A stretch of 64,000 nt of DNA from a phage: assembly GCA_019326865.1 (NCBI GenBank), contig GCA_019326865.1_4101.1; one strand, 5' to 3'. The translations under genes and the position numbers were made by a program. The notes below the pieces were generated by a model. That model saw only the letters and a list, made by a program, of their open reading frames with translations, was not told the DNA's origin and made no database searches. Each line of letters starts with the position of its first letter. Within the stretch, counting starts at the first letter, position 1. Shown here in pieces: positions 1 to 12,833 of this stretch.

Positions 1-210
1 CGTTTAGACTGGGATATCCTTAACAGAAAAGATGAGCAATCATATGCAAACTGGAGTTCAGATAAAGTACGCAATGAACGCACTAAAGAAGATACTAAAC
101 AGTTTATGGCACTAAGCAAACGATTATCATCACTGAATAGTGAAATTACAGGTCTTCAGAAAGAAATCATTTCGATTCTTCAGGATGAGATTAAGTCACT
201 ATATGAATAA
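1..210 (+). CDS. hypothetical protein, C-terminal fragment (5' end outside window)
   Basis: Reading frame open from base 1 to TAA 208-210; no start inside window. Confidence 0.4.
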   Translation, partial: RLDWDILNRKDEQSYANWSSDKVRNERTKEDTKQFMALSKRLSSLNSEITGLQKEIISILQDEIKSLYE

Positions 211-499
211 ACATGAAGTGATTCATTTTGAAGATAAGATCTATGTACCAAATAGTGATAGTACTGAAACATATTACCTAATCAATAAGATCATGGCTGG
301 AACAAATACTTGTTGTCGCCAACAGCCAGGAAAATATGAGTTCAGTCAGACTATTGGTTTTTACCGATGTGATATGTTAGAATCATTTACTATTGATAAG
401 TCTAAAGTTATTGACATTCTTGTACAGAATGGATATAATGAAGAACGCGTAAATGATACAGATTTACCAGTTTCAAAAATTGTTCTTTCTAATAATTAA
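203..499 (+). CDS. hypothetical protein
   Basis: 98-aa ORF; ATG 203 overlaps upstream stop; track ORF 140..499 trimmed to this in-frame ATG. Confidence 0.45.
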   Translation: MNKHEVIHFEDKIYVPNSDSTETYYLINKIMAGTNTCCRQQPGKYEFSQTIGFYRCDMLESFTIDKSKVIDILVQNGYNEERVNDTDLPVSKIVLSNN

Positions 500-616
500 A
501 CATTGGACAAGAACAAATATTGTGATATAATGTTTGTTATCGGCAGATATTAAAATGCAAACCATTCCTCAATGATGAGGGTTTTTTCATAAAAAAGAAA
601 TAAAAAGGGTATTAAA

Positions 617-826
617 ATGGCTAAAGAAATTACCGCACAAGTACTAGATATCACCGACTTTGATCGCACTGTGAACTACATTCAATTCCAGATTCATCAA
701 GCAGAAGAAGCTCTAGCAGTATTCCACGGTACTGGTGCAAGGCCAATCCGTTTTGCTCACTTAATTGCATGGAAGAAAAGTCTTCAAGAAGAGCTATCTG
801 AACTGCGTAAAGCAAATCGTAAGTAA
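617..826 (+). CDS. hypothetical protein
   Basis: 69-aa ORF, co-oriented gene string; no motif recognised. Confidence 0.45.
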   Translation: MAKEITAQVLDITDFDRTVNYIQFQIHQAEEALAVFHGTGARPIRFAHLIAWKKSLQEELSELRKANRK

Positions 827-892
827 TTTATCTTATCGCCTCATCATTTTTTGATGGGGCATTTTAATCATATAAAGTAAGAGGATTTATAA

Positions 893-1399
893 ATGAGTGT
901 TGAATATTGGTTTTTGTTTGTGTGTATTGGTACACTTGTATTAATCACAATTGGATTGATTTTCAATACCATGATTAGTGGAAGTAAGTACTTTAAGACA
1001 TTTCAACTTTTAATGTCTGCCATGCCATATAGTTCTGATGCAGAAAAAACAATTTCTCTAATTTTAGATAAGTTCGATGCAAATCTTTTAGTTGCTAAAA
1101 TTTCAGCATGTGATACAAATATTTCATTCTACTCTGTAGACACTGAACTAGATGGAATTGATACACAATACAAAAATCCAGCAGTTGCTGAAATTTTCAT
1201 TGGTTCAAAATATTATGCTTATGGTTATGTAAGAAAATATTATTCAGAAGCAAAAGCTGAGTTGACGAAGAAGCGACCATCAATAAAAACGTTAAAACGC
1301 ATCATTGCGTTGGAAGAATCACTTCGTGGTCAAACAAGCGTTAATGAGCCACCATCAGTGATCAAATCCAAAAAAAGTAATGTTGTGGAGTTGGAGTAA
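893..1399 (+). CDS. hypothetical membrane-anchored protein
   Basis: 168 aa; SD AAGAGGA upstream; N-terminal hydrophobic segment. Confidence 0.55.
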   Translation: MSVEYWFLFVCIGTLVLITIGLIFNTMISGSKYFKTFQLLMSAMPYSSDAEKTISLILDKFDANLLVAKISACDTNISFYSVDTELDGIDTQYKNPAVAEIFIGSKYYAYGYVRKYYSEAKAELTKKRPSIKTLKRIIALEESLRGQTSVNEPPSVIKSKKSNVVELE

Positions 1400-1689
1400 T
1401 GGAACCAGAAAAGTCAAGAAAAATTCTTATTGATGTTCAAACTAAATTATTAGATATTATGGAAATTATCAATGAGCTACCACAGGGTTATAAGTACAAA
1501 GTTCGTGAGATGTTATCTTGTGCCGAAACCGTTGTTTCTATGTACGATGATATTCAACATGGTATTATCCCTGATATTCTCAAAGATGACGTAAATATTA
1601 ACACTGAGGTTAAAGAAACTAAATTAGAATCAGAAACAGTATCTAATAAAAAAATTCTTGACCTTAGTGGTATAAAAATTAATATCTAA
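1399..1689 (+). CDS. hypothetical protein
   Basis: 96 aa; start overlaps upstream stop (TAATG). Confidence 0.5.
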   Translation: MEPEKSRKILIDVQTKLLDIMEIINELPQGYKYKVREMLSCAETVVSMYDDIQHGIIPDILKDDVNINTEVKETKLESETVSNKKILDLSGIKINI

Positions 1690-1711
1690 AAAACATCCAA
1701 TAGGAGAAGTA

Positions 1712-1861
1712 ATGAATAATCAAAAAATCGACTTAGTAGTAAAACTTCAAGAGATTCAAGCACTGGCTAAAGAACTTGATAACACACGTGCATCAGTAGT
1801 TGATTCACTATGTGCAACAATCCTGACTGTTTTTACAGATTACGAAAAGAAATCTGATTAA
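1712..1861 (+). CDS. small hypothetical protein (49 aa)
   Basis: SD TAGGAGAAG upstream of ATG 1712; followed by hairpin terminator; below track size cutoff. Confidence 0.35.
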   Translation: MNNQKIDLVVKLQEIQALAKELDNTRASVVDSLCATILTVFTDYEKKSD

Positions 1862-1876
1862 ACGTTACTTTGTAAA

Positions 1877-1904
1877 TACCCAGTTCTTGACTGGGTATTT
1901 TTTT
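1877..1904 (+). terminator. rho-independent terminator
   Basis: Hairpin TACCCAG-N7-CTGGGTA followed by T7 run. Confidence 0.6.
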
Positions 1905-1915
1905 AAGGAAATAAA

Positions 1916-2308
1916 ATGACTGAATCTGAACTACATGAAATAATAGATTTCATTTATGAAATGGTACAAGATAAAAATAACATCAATACAATTGCATCAG
2001 GCCCAAGACAAATTGGTAACCAAATAACATATTCTTTGTCCTTATGGTTACACCCGTGCATCAAGGTTGATTGTTTGTATTTCCGTCCTGATATTAATGC
2101 ATATTATTTTGTAAATCATGATGCATTAATGAAACCACATAATCGTCCTGTTGATGATAACTTTGTGACGCACCCATTTTACCTGGCTGATTCTGAAGAA
2201 GATGAGTTTCAAAAGAACACAACGTTAAGCCCAGGTGAAATTTGCATCCCTTATGAACTAAAAGATAAAATGATTTACATCACAGAAGTTATGAAAACAT
2301 GCTGGTAA
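1916..2308 (+). CDS. hypothetical protein
   Basis: 130-aa ORF, co-oriented; no motif recognised. Confidence 0.5.
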   Translation: MTESELHEIIDFIYEMVQDKNNINTIASGPRQIGNQITYSLSLWLHPCIKVDCLYFRPDINAYYFVNHDALMKPHNRPVDDNFVTHPFYLADSEEDEFQKNTTLSPGEICIPYELKDKMIYITEVMKTCW

Positions 2309-2355
2309 GTGCAATGAAACTCTGATATAATACTATGACTTACTAAGGAGAACAT

Positions 2356-2925
2356 ATGAACTTTATTAAATTCAACTCATCTGAGTTAGAAGCATACTTT
2401 AATACAAATAATAAATTTAATATTATTCTTAAAGACGGAACGGTTGTTATCGGAGTATCATTGCTTTCATTTGATGGCGAAAAACTCAAAACTGTTTATA
2501 AATTCACCAATCTTGATGGTGATTACTGGGATACGTCAGATGTATCTAAAATTTGCACACATTATGTATTTGAATCTATTGAAGTTGGTGATGGCTGGGC
2601 ATTGACCTGTAATGGTAATAAAGTATTTTCTGGTAACATATTTGGGGTAATTTCCAGTAAAGAAATCGTAGACCATCATCTTCATGTTCTCAATAATAAC
2701 GCCAACACTTATACACCTGATAATATCAAAATTCACGATATTGTAACATATACTGATTATAATGGTTTCAGACATAAAGCAATTGTAACTGAAGTTAAAA
2801 AACCAAAAAATTATTTCGACCACGGTTTAATTGAAGTATATATGGTAGGTGGCGAAAAACAATACTTTGATCATTTCACTTATACTGGTTGGGATAGATT
2901 CCTAACCGTTGTTGAGGAATACTAA
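2356..2925 (+). CDS. hypothetical protein
   Basis: 189 aa; SD TAAGGAGAA upstream. Confidence 0.55.
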   Translation: MNFIKFNSSELEAYFNTNNKFNIILKDGTVVIGVSLLSFDGEKLKTVYKFTNLDGDYWDTSDVSKICTHYVFESIEVGDGWALTCNGNKVFSGNIFGVISSKEIVDHHLHVLNNNANTYTPDNIKIHDIVTYTDYNGFRHKAIVTEVKKPKNYFDHGLIEVYMVGGEKQYFDHFTYTGWDRFLTVVEEY

Positions 2926-2926
2926 C

Positions 2927-3415
2927 ATGCCGATTCGTGGTGTCCCAGAACAATTAAGAGACGTATTAAAGCATATTGAAATTGGGACAAGAGAAGTGAA
3001 TTTTCGCCGCCATAACATATATTATTTGAAAATTTCTGAAATGAGTTCTATACAAATTATCATTGGTACATCCATTAAGATCGTCCGAGTACTTGATGGT
3101 AGTACTGATTTTGTTGAATATAATGTACTTACTAACAAAGTAATACACACATATAAATGGAGTGGGTATAAAACTATTAAGTATGAGTTTGATGTTGCTA
3201 GAACTGAAGAAGAACGATTTATGTTAAGTACTATCAATCCAGCAAACTACCCTGAACTTGATACATTTTTGCTAATTTTAAAACTGTATAATGAAGCAAA
3301 TGGGAAAGCTAAGGAGTATGATAGAATTATGTATGAACGTAAAAAAGAACGTGCTAAGAAAAGTTATGATCTTTATGATAGCCCATATGTAAAATATAAT
3401 AAGGGGAGAAAATGA
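2927..3415 (+). CDS. hypothetical protein
   Basis: ATG 1 nt after upstream stop; track ORF 2909..3415 trimmed. Confidence 0.5.
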   Translation: MPIRGVPEQLRDVLKHIEIGTREVNFRRHNIYYLKISEMSSIQIIIGTSIKIVRVLDGSTDFVEYNVLTNKVIHTYKWSGYKTIKYEFDVARTEEERFMLSTINPANYPELDTFLLILKLYNEANGKAKEYDRIMYERKKERAKKSYDLYDSPYVKYNKGRK

Positions 3416-3816
3416 ATAACGAAGTTCAAATTATCATAACTCCACCTATACAAAGTCTTGATGTATCTATTAGTGATTTTTTAGAAAAATATTATGAATG
3501 GTTTAATAATGATTCTACCATTTATGAACATTCATTACCAGATGGTTACGTTGAGCTTATAGAATTAAATTCAAAAACACTATACTTCTGTGTTGAATAC
3601 AATGATTATATGACAGATGAAGCATATCGCTTTCGTTGTACATTGTATCCGAATTATTTTTCAATAGGTTATAAAGACTACCAGTACTGCACCACTAACT
3701 ATAGTGTAGAGGAAGAATTTCAGTACAATTTACTTTATCCAGATTTAGATTATACTATTGCAGTACTGTTATCTAAAATTATGGATTTTTATAAAGGTAA
3801 ATACAGTGCAGCCTAA
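3412..3816 (+). CDS. hypothetical protein
   Basis: 134 aa; SD AAGGGGAGAA; ATGA stop/start overlap. Confidence 0.5.
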   Translation: MNNEVQIIITPPIQSLDVSISDFLEKYYEWFNNDSTIYEHSLPDGYVELIELNSKTLYFCVEYNDYMTDEAYRFRCTLYPNYFSIGYKDYQYCTTNYSVEEEFQYNLLYPDLDYTIAVLLSKIMDFYKGKYSAA

Positions 3817-3987
3817 AACATTTGACGAATGGTATCAAATGCATTACAATATAAATGCAGGTGATGTATACTTCTTTAAGTTGGAGTTGTTTTTATTGTT
3901 AAATGAACCCGAATCGTACTATAACAATATCATTCACTGTGATGATTTTAGTACATATTTTAGTATAGCCGTTATGGATATTAAGAG

Positions 3988-4507
<520 letters not shown>

Positions 4508-4508
4508 A

Positions 4509-4688
4509 ATGACACACAAAGAATGGATGTCCAAACAACATAAAGAACATGATTTCTTTGGGAATGGTATTCGTCAGGTACACTATGACATCTTAAGAGA
4601 TGAAAATCTTTTCAGGTCATATGTTTTGGATACCAGAAAACCCTGGTTTATATGCGAACTGGCATTTAGAAAAACAATCAAACAATGA
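4509..4688 (+). CDS. small protein, MTHxEW family (59 aa)
   Basis: Begins MTHKEWM; ATG 1 nt after upstream stop. Confidence 0.4.
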   Translation: MTHKEWMSKQHKEHDFFGNGIRQVHYDILRDENLFRSYVLDTRKPWFICELAFRKTIKQ

Positions 4689-4782
4689 ATATAGAAAATT
4701 GCGTTAGTGTATCTAAAGCACTTGCATAAATGATTAATTCATTATATAATGATTATCATTGGTTCTAAATGAGGATAATATT

Positions 4783-5055
4783 ATGCATTTTGAAAAATTC
4801 AACACAAGTCGTGACACACGCATTGATGTTCTTTATGAAACACAAGACTCAATTAGTATTCGTACACGTAGTGGTGATGTATATCATGACTGCACTATTG
4901 GTTGGAAACAGGGAAGAACACGTAGTGCAGAATTCGATAATTATCGCTTCTTCCAAGATGACACCACAATCTGGCCTGAAGATGTAGAAGATATTGCAAT
5001 CGAAGATGAACATAAAGATGAATTTATCAAATTTAATCCCCAAACCGAATCATAA
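4783..5055 (+). CDS. hypothetical protein
   Basis: SD GAGGAT before ATG 4783; track ORF 4759..5055 trimmed. Confidence 0.45.
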   Translation: MHFEKFNTSRDTRIDVLYETQDSISIRTRSGDVYHDCTIGWKQGRTRSAEFDNYRFFQDDTTIWPEDVEDIAIEDEHKDEFIKFNPQTES

Positions 5056-5098
5056 ATAATGGGACAGCACAAAAAGATGTGATATAATTATTAGTACT

Positions 5099-5170
5099 GA
5101 GGGGCTAGTTTAACGGATAAAACAGATTCCTTCTAAGAATCCAATCGGAGTTCGATTCTCCGGCCCTTTA
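5099..5170 (+). tRNA. tRNA-Arg (anticodon TCT)
   Basis: Cloverleaf: D-stem GTTT/AAAC, anticodon stem GATTC/GAATC with loop CTTCTAA, T-arm CGGAG-TTCGATT-CTCCG; acceptor with two G-U pairs. Confidence 0.7.
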
Positions 5171-5184
5171 TAAAATATAATATT

Positions 5185-5727
<543 letters not shown>

Positions 5728-5761
5728 TACAATTATATTCCATTAATTAAAAGGGAAAACC

Positions 5762-5926
5762 ATGACCCATGAAGAATGGTTAAGTGAACTAAAGTTCAGA
5801 TACTCCGGCATAGGTAATTGGCGAAAATATCATTGGGAGATTATATCAGACCCAGCAGAATACGATAAACTTATAAATCATGAAGTGTATCCGTGGTTCT
5901 TTATTGAAATAATGGTACGAATATGA
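5762..5926 (+). CDS. small protein, MTHxEW family (54 aa)
   Basis: Begins MTHEEWLSELKFRY; SD AAAGGGAAAA upstream. Confidence 0.45.
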   Translation: MTHEEWLSELKFRYSGIGNWRKYHWEIISDPAEYDKLINHEVYPWFFIEIMVRI

Positions 5927-6083
5927 CGCATGAAGAATGGATGAATGATATTAATTTTAGATATGCAGGTATTGGTAAATGGCTAAAGTATCATTGGGAA
6001 TTCATTTCAAAGTTGCATCTGTATGATAAACTTATCAACGACCCAGAATATAAAAAGTACTTAATTGAACTAATGGTAAGAAT

Positions 6084-6087
<4 letters not shown>
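5923..6087 (+). CDS. small protein, MTHxEW family (54 aa)
   Basis: Begins MTHEEWMNDINFRY; ATGA overlap with upstream stop. Confidence 0.45.
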
Positions 6088-6248
<161 letters not shown>

Positions 6249-6261
6249 TTAAAAAAAAAGC

Positions 6262-6699
<438 letters not shown>

Positions 6700-6708
6700 G
6701 TATTCAAT

Positions 6709-6782
<74 letters not shown>

Positions 6783-6840
6783 AAATTTAATAGGAGATGA
6801 TATGTTTAACGATGAACATCCAGATTTCTAAAAAAAGTTC

Positions 6841-6869
6841 TTGACCAAATAATTCAGAACTGATATCAT
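6841..6869 (+). promoter_or_regulatory. sigma70-type promoter, family A (variant)
   Basis: TTGACC-N17-TATCAT, spacer AAATAATTCAGAACTGA. Confidence 0.45.
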
Positions 6870-6901
6870 GTTTGTATATCAACAACAGAGGGTATATCGA
6901 A

Positions 6902-7141
6902 ATGGGTAAATATTTTGTGAGTTATAGTTATAATGTATCACGAAAAATTCCACGTGGTGACGGAATGGGATGGTCTTATGATGCATATACTTTAAATGAG
7001 TCATGTATCATCGAATTAAAAGAAAAAGACCTTGACATTCTAAAAATCAAACAATATATTCTTGATGTTGAATTGGCACATCGTACTGATATCTATCCAG
7101 ATGTAAATAACATCAGCATCTTAGTACTAACCAAAGTATAA
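6902..7141 (+). CDS. hypothetical protein
   Basis: Track ORF 6872..7141 trimmed to ATG 6902 downstream of promoter. Confidence 0.4.
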   Translation: MGKYFVSYSYNVSRKIPRGDGMGWSYDAYTLNESCIIELKEKDLDILKIKQYILDVELAHRTDIYPDVNNISILVLTKV

Positions 7142-7153
7142 GATAAAAGCACT

Positions 7154-7443
<290 letters not shown>

Positions 7444-7444
7444 T

Positions 7445-7537
<93 letters not shown>

Positions 7538-7554
7538 TTCACATGATATAGGGA

Positions 7555-7816
<262 letters not shown>

Positions 7817-7824
7817 GAATTTAA

Positions 7825-8226
7825 ATGAAAAAGAATGACTTGATCAAAATGCTTCAAGAAATTGACGGCAATCCAGAGATTGTTATTTGGAATGGATACG
7901 TCGATGATTATATGAACATCGAAAAAGGCTTGACTAAAATCACTCTAGTCAAAGAAACCGAACAGTTTCTTCAGGGTGCATTAGAGCACGAATGGTGTGA
8001 ACGTAACAATACATTCGACATTCCAGAAGACCAACGAACCAAGATTGCAGAACGTGCTAAAGAACTGCATAAGAAACGCGAATACGATTTCCAGAACCCA
8101 TATGTCACTGAAGACGAATTCAATCGCTGGTACGGTAAAAAGAAATTGACAAAGTATGTCCTTTCACCTAAACTACGTGGTAAGACTTCACTTGGTGTAT
8201 TCAACGCCGCAGACTTAAACTACTAG
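7825..8226 (+). CDS. hypothetical protein
   Basis: 133-aa ORF, co-oriented. Confidence 0.5.
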   Translation: MKKNDLIKMLQEIDGNPEIVIWNGYVDDYMNIEKGLTKITLVKETEQFLQGALEHEWCERNNTFDIPEDQRTKIAERAKELHKKREYDFQNPYVTEDEFNRWYGKKKLTKYVLSPKLRGKTSLGVFNAADLNY

Positions 8227-8238
8227 CGGGTATTATAA

Positions 8239-8503
<265 letters not shown>

Positions 8504-8547
8504 GATTCCCGATTCAGTAGTTTTAAAGCTGACCCGTATGTGCCTAT

Positions 8548-8589
<42 letters not shown>

Positions 8590-8590
8590 G

Positions 8591-8647
<57 letters not shown>

Positions 8648-8649
8648 TT

Positions 8650-8730
<81 letters not shown>

Positions 8731-8731
8731 G

Positions 8732-8782
<51 letters not shown>

Positions 8783-8799
8783 TACAACCGACAATGACT

Positions 8800-8874
<75 letters not shown>

Positions 8875-8926
8875 TGCCAAACAGCTTGAAGTACTTTGTA
8901 GTGCTGCACCTATGCCGACACTTGGC

Positions 8927-9027
<101 letters not shown>

Positions 9028-9039
9028 TATCTTACTTCT

Positions 9040-9129
<90 letters not shown>

Positions 9130-9135
9130 TACACT

Positions 9136-9561
9136 ATGACATACAACATTGTTAAAATGGTGAACTATGTATTAAAAAACAACGCATGGTCACTGCATGA
9201 TGTACAATTAGAAGATATTGGTGAAGTTAGAGTATTTTGCTATGATCCAGATTTGAATCAAACCACAGATTTGAGTAAATGTTTTAATATTTTTCTTGGT
9301 TATGAATTCAATAATCATTTTTATTCATTTGATGTGTATTTTGAAAAAGTTATATTCAGAAGTTATAAATGTGATAATGAAGATTATGATTATGATGATG
9401 AATCAATTGAATTGAATGTTAACGATATTGATACTGAAGAAAAATTCTTCCAGTACTGCCTCCTTAACGACACATTAGGATTAACATTTGAGGACATTAA
9501 AGCTATACTTAAAGTTCAAACGTTGATTCCAGAAGAGGTTCTAAATCCATTAAATGACTAG
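9136..9561 (+). CDS. hypothetical protein, FFQ-motif paralog family
   Basis: 141 aa; C-terminal EEKFFQYCLLNDTLGLTFEDI resembles neighbours. Confidence 0.5.
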   Translation: MTYNIVKMVNYVLKNNAWSLHDVQLEDIGEVRVFCYDPDLNQTTDLSKCFNIFLGYEFNNHFYSFDVYFEKVIFRSYKCDNEDYDYDDESIELNVNDIDTEEKFFQYCLLNDTLGLTFEDIKAILKVQTLIPEEVLNPLND

Positions 9562-9919
9562 TCTAATAGTACGTATAATGCAAGATGTTTGTAATAACCT
9601 TTATACAGGCAATTTTGACGATCCGAACATAAAAATATTATGTTATGATGGTTTTACAATGGTACATCCATCCTATTCAAATAATATCTACGTAGCATAT
9701 ACAGGTGAAAATCTATTATATCAATTTGATATATATAGTACAATGACAAAGATAATTTTGGATGCATCTAAACCAGCAATCTTTATTGCTTCTCATGATT
9801 ACAATTACACTGAAGAATCACTATTTCAGTACTCAATGATTAATGACATTGGTGGGTTGACATTGGATGAGGTTAATGCTATACTAGCTGTCTCACGTTT
9901 GGTTAAAACCCACAATTAG
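9554..9919 (+). CDS. hypothetical protein, FFQ-motif paralog family
   Basis: 121 aa; C-terminal EESLFQYSMINDIGGLTLDEV. Confidence 0.5.
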   Translation: MTSLIVRIMQDVCNNLYTGNFDDPNIKILCYDGFTMVHPSYSNNIYVAYTGENLLYQFDIYSTMTKIILDASKPAIFIASHDYNYTEESLFQYSMINDIGGLTLDEVNAILAVSRLVKTHN

Positions 9920-9928
9920 GAGATTCAT

Positions 9929-10120
9929 ATGTTCTGGAATTTATTATGCTTGTTTGGTCGTACATTGGTTCTTGCTATTATTCATACACCTGGTATTCGT
10001 AATTATGTTTCTTATGAATTTAAGAAAAATTATCACAACAATACTGAAGTTCGTACAACTAAGATGTGCAAAGACTTCAATGTAGATGTTCCACCATTCA
10101 AGAAGTACGAGGATGAATAA
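9929..10120 (+). CDS. hypothetical membrane protein
   Basis: 63 aa with N-terminal hydrophobic stretch. Confidence 0.4.
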   Translation: MFWNLLCLFGRTLVLAIIHTPGIRNYVSYEFKKNYHNNTEVRTTKMCKDFNVDVPPFKKYEDE

Positions 10121-10404
10121 TGGAATTCATTGTTGCACCTGATGAACTAAAAACATTCACGTTCCGAGACAATAACAATTATCCTTATACAAATCATTCA
10201 TTGAGTTCATTACATGTTATTTCAATCATTGCATCTGAATACAGGGATAATCCATGTATTGATTTTAAAACCACTGATGGCGAATATACATGGGTGATCC
10301 CAAAAGATAAATATAGTTATCAAGGGGCAGTAGAAATTCGTGACTCGATTCTAAAACAAATCGAAGATGGAAATACTCATCCTAAACTAAACACTCAGTA
10401 CTGA
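10120..10404 (+). CDS. hypothetical protein
   Basis: 94 aa; start overlaps upstream stop. Confidence 0.45.
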   Translation: MEFIVAPDELKTFTFRDNNNYPYTNHSLSSLHVISIIASEYRDNPCIDFKTTDGEYTWVIPKDKYSYQGAVEIRDSILKQIEDGNTHPKLNTQY

Positions 10405-10589
10405 AAATTTACCCTCTGATAGCTTTCAATCAGTACTGATTTTCTCCTTATGTATAGAAGCTATCACAATTACAATGATATTATTATCAATTCATTATAT
10501 TCTTTACCCTCCTAATAGTATCTAATATAAATTTATATAGATACTGTGATTTAGAAGTTGCATTTTAACTTCTTTCCTGTTATACTTAA

Positions 10590-10617
10590 GGCTGATTCGA
10601 TGAATCGGCCTTTTTTT
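10590..10617 (+). terminator. rho-independent terminator
   Basis: Hairpin GGCTGATTC-GAT-GAATCGGCC followed by T7. Confidence 0.6.
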
Positions 10618-10635
10618 CTTATATAGGGGAATATA

Positions 10636-11052
10636 ATGAATGATTTGTTTACTTTAATGGATAAGTATGTTGACATTGTATACCATCAAGTTTGTAATAA
10701 TACGTTTGAAACAAAAAACTCAATCAGAGATGGTAATTTTGTTGTTATAGTTGGATCATTTTTGAATGGATACACCGAGACATTATACAATAGTAATAAT
10801 ATTTTTATTTCAGTTCAGTCCAGACATACATCAGACTATTCTGTTAGCATTGATATTTGGGAAAATAATATAGAAATAGATATAACTGAATCTACTAATA
10901 TTTGTGTTGATGATTCATTTAATCAATTAACGGAAGAAATGTATTTGCAGTTGAATTTTTTATATAATCTTACCAATATCAGTTATGATACGTTAAGGAA
11001 AATATGTTTTCTTAGTGGGATGATACGTAATAATATGAATAAGGATGATTAG
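10636..11052 (+). CDS. hypothetical protein, FFQ-motif paralog family
   Basis: 138 aa; LTEEMYLQLNFLYNLTNISYDTL C-terminal region. Confidence 0.5.
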   Translation: MNDLFTLMDKYVDIVYHQVCNNTFETKNSIRDGNFVVIVGSFLNGYTETLYNSNNIFISVQSRHTSDYSVSIDIWENNIEIDITESTNICVDDSFNQLTEEMYLQLNFLYNLTNISYDTLRKICFLSGMIRNNMNKDD

Positions 11053-11473
11053 AATAATGATAAACATTCCACCTACTTCGCTAACATATCTAATTGAATG
11101 TGGTATAAAATTTTCCGAAGGAGATATCTCATCTTATACATCGGTTGATGGTTCTTACAAATTTTTATACCAATCTTATAAAAATAATTCTAAAGTTTCT
11201 TGTAGAGAGGCTGACAACATATTAATAGATGTTTCGTTACATAATGTTCCGAAATTTTATATTGATATCTTTGGTGATTCTTTAACAATTCGAACATATG
11301 ATTATTTTATTAATAAAGACCTCTTGAATCTTTCAATCGATCATGATACAATAGATTCAGAACTTTTCTTTCAACTTTCAACGGTTTCTGATTTACAGGG
11401 TTTAACTGTTGAGCAATTGAATGGTCTGTTTAAGATTTCAAGAAACATACGAAGCAGGAATAAAAATGTCTAA
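11045..11473 (+). CDS. hypothetical protein, FFQ-motif paralog family
   Basis: 142 aa; SELFFQLSTVSDLQGLTVEQL. Confidence 0.5.
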   Translation: MIRIMINIPPTSLTYLIECGIKFSEGDISSYTSVDGSYKFLYQSYKNNSKVSCREADNILIDVSLHNVPKFYIDIFGDSLTIRTYDYFINKDLLNLSIDHDTIDSELFFQLSTVSDLQGLTVEQLNGLFKISRNIRSRNKNV

Positions 11474-11879
11474 TATTTTAAATGAAAAAACAGTTGATAT
11501 TGTCATTGATGTACTAGAGAACAGTAATACATTTGAGAAGAAATATAGAACAGTGTACTTTGGTGAATATTGCTGGATACACTATATTTCAGAAAATTTA
11601 TTTATAATTCGTGTTGAAACGGATGATATTGGATTAACTATAAATGCATCTAATAAAAGTGGTAAGAAAATAACTATTATTTCCGATAAATCAAGTACAT
11701 CTTCTTTCTATGATAGAATTGATGATTGTGATCACTTCACGTCATCATTTTATGAGACAGAAGAAGAACATTTTATGGCTAGTACTGTTAAAGAATTACC
11801 TATTCCATTCAAATTGATGAAAGCGACAAGGGATTTTATCTTAAAATATAAAAAATCAGGAGTTTATAATGACATTTAA
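11466..11879 (+). CDS. hypothetical protein with C-terminal EEEHFMASTV motif
   Basis: Track ORF 11421..11879 trimmed to ATG 11466. Confidence 0.45.
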   Translation: MSNILNEKTVDIVIDVLENSNTFEKKYRTVYFGEYCWIHYISENLFIIRVETDDIGLTINASNKSGKKITIISDKSSTSSFYDRIDDCDHFTSSFYETEEEHFMASTVKELPIPFKLMKATRDFILKYKKSGVYNDI

Positions 11880-12318
11880 TGGTAATGTTTCTAAAGTGGG
11901 TTTAGTTTTTGAAAACTGTGAATTTGTTGAGATTGATGTAAATAATGTTTTATGGATGCATATTGCTGATGAAAAGACTCTTTGTAGCCGTTTTTCAAAT
12001 GGACTGACAATTAGTACTGGTATCGGTGAGTTTGGCATTGCATTACGTAGCAATACACCATCTGATTTCTTGGACAACTCCACATTGTTAGAACGTTTGA
12101 AAATGCGTGACGTGACACACGTTTATCTATATGATACTAACGGTGTTATTCAACGTTATGTAGTTGAATGGGCTGATTACAACCTTAATTGTCAATATTC
12201 CATAAACCAGCGTGTACAACTGACACCTGGTGGTAATATTGTGTTTGTTAGTTCAACTGGTAAATTAATCAGTGTAGATGATAAAAATATTGATTTGTTC
12301 ACTTTATATAATCAATAA
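11869..12318 (+). CDS. hypothetical protein
   Basis: 149-aa ORF, overlapping start with upstream gene. Confidence 0.5.
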   Translation: MTFNGNVSKVGLVFENCEFVEIDVNNVLWMHIADEKTLCSRFSNGLTISTGIGEFGIALRSNTPSDFLDNSTLLERLKMRDVTHVYLYDTNGVIQRYVVEWADYNLNCQYSINQRVQLTPGGNIVFVSSTGKLISVDDKNIDLFTLYNQ

Positions 12319-12351
12319 GATGATATTCTACATTTAGGTTGAGGGTAAAAA

Positions 12352-12717
12352 ATGATGAGCTTTATAACATTTACAATTATTTGTTGTATCACTATTATAA
12401 TTTGTCGTCTAATTCATGTATACTCATATCACAAAGCGTTGAGAATTGAGCAAGAGATTTATATTGAAAATCAACCAAAGAAAAAACCACCATCGCCTTA
12501 TGGATTGAAGCGTGAGATGCACTCTAAAAGTAAAGAGTGGGGGTATGCAATCACAAAACATGGTTACATTTATACAGCGAGTAATGGTTATTTTCAAATT
12601 CACCACAATTTAGATGTAGCTGTTAAGATTTTGTGGGAGATGGAGGATATTGGTGGTTATGAGCGTACTGAGTTTGAATTCATATCAAATGATACAGGAA
12701 CTTCACCAGAAGCATGA
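12352..12717 (+). CDS. hypothetical membrane-anchored protein
   Basis: 121 aa; SD GAGGG; N-terminal hydrophobic helix. Confidence 0.5.
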   Translation: MMSFITFTIICCITIIICRLIHVYSYHKALRIEQEIYIENQPKKKPPSPYGLKREMHSKSKEWGYAITKHGYIYTASNGYFQIHHNLDVAVKILWEMEDIGGYERTEFEFISNDTGTSPEA

Positions 12718-12833
12718 TATAATTATTGAAGGAAGTATACCGTATGTTAGAAGACTTCCAATTAAAAGCATTTATAATGAAGTTCTGTACAGATGAACAT
12801 CTTACTGGACGAGTAATACGTAAGGAGTTGTAA

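Noticed and set aside
2536-2823. Minus-strand ORFs embedded in plus-strand gene strings (e.g. 2536-2823, 13500-13847, 15909-16235, 40976-41326, 59481-59912)
   Set aside because: Each lies antisense within a longer, better-supported plus-strand ORF and lacks its own promoter or SD context; treated as chance frames in AT-rich DNA.
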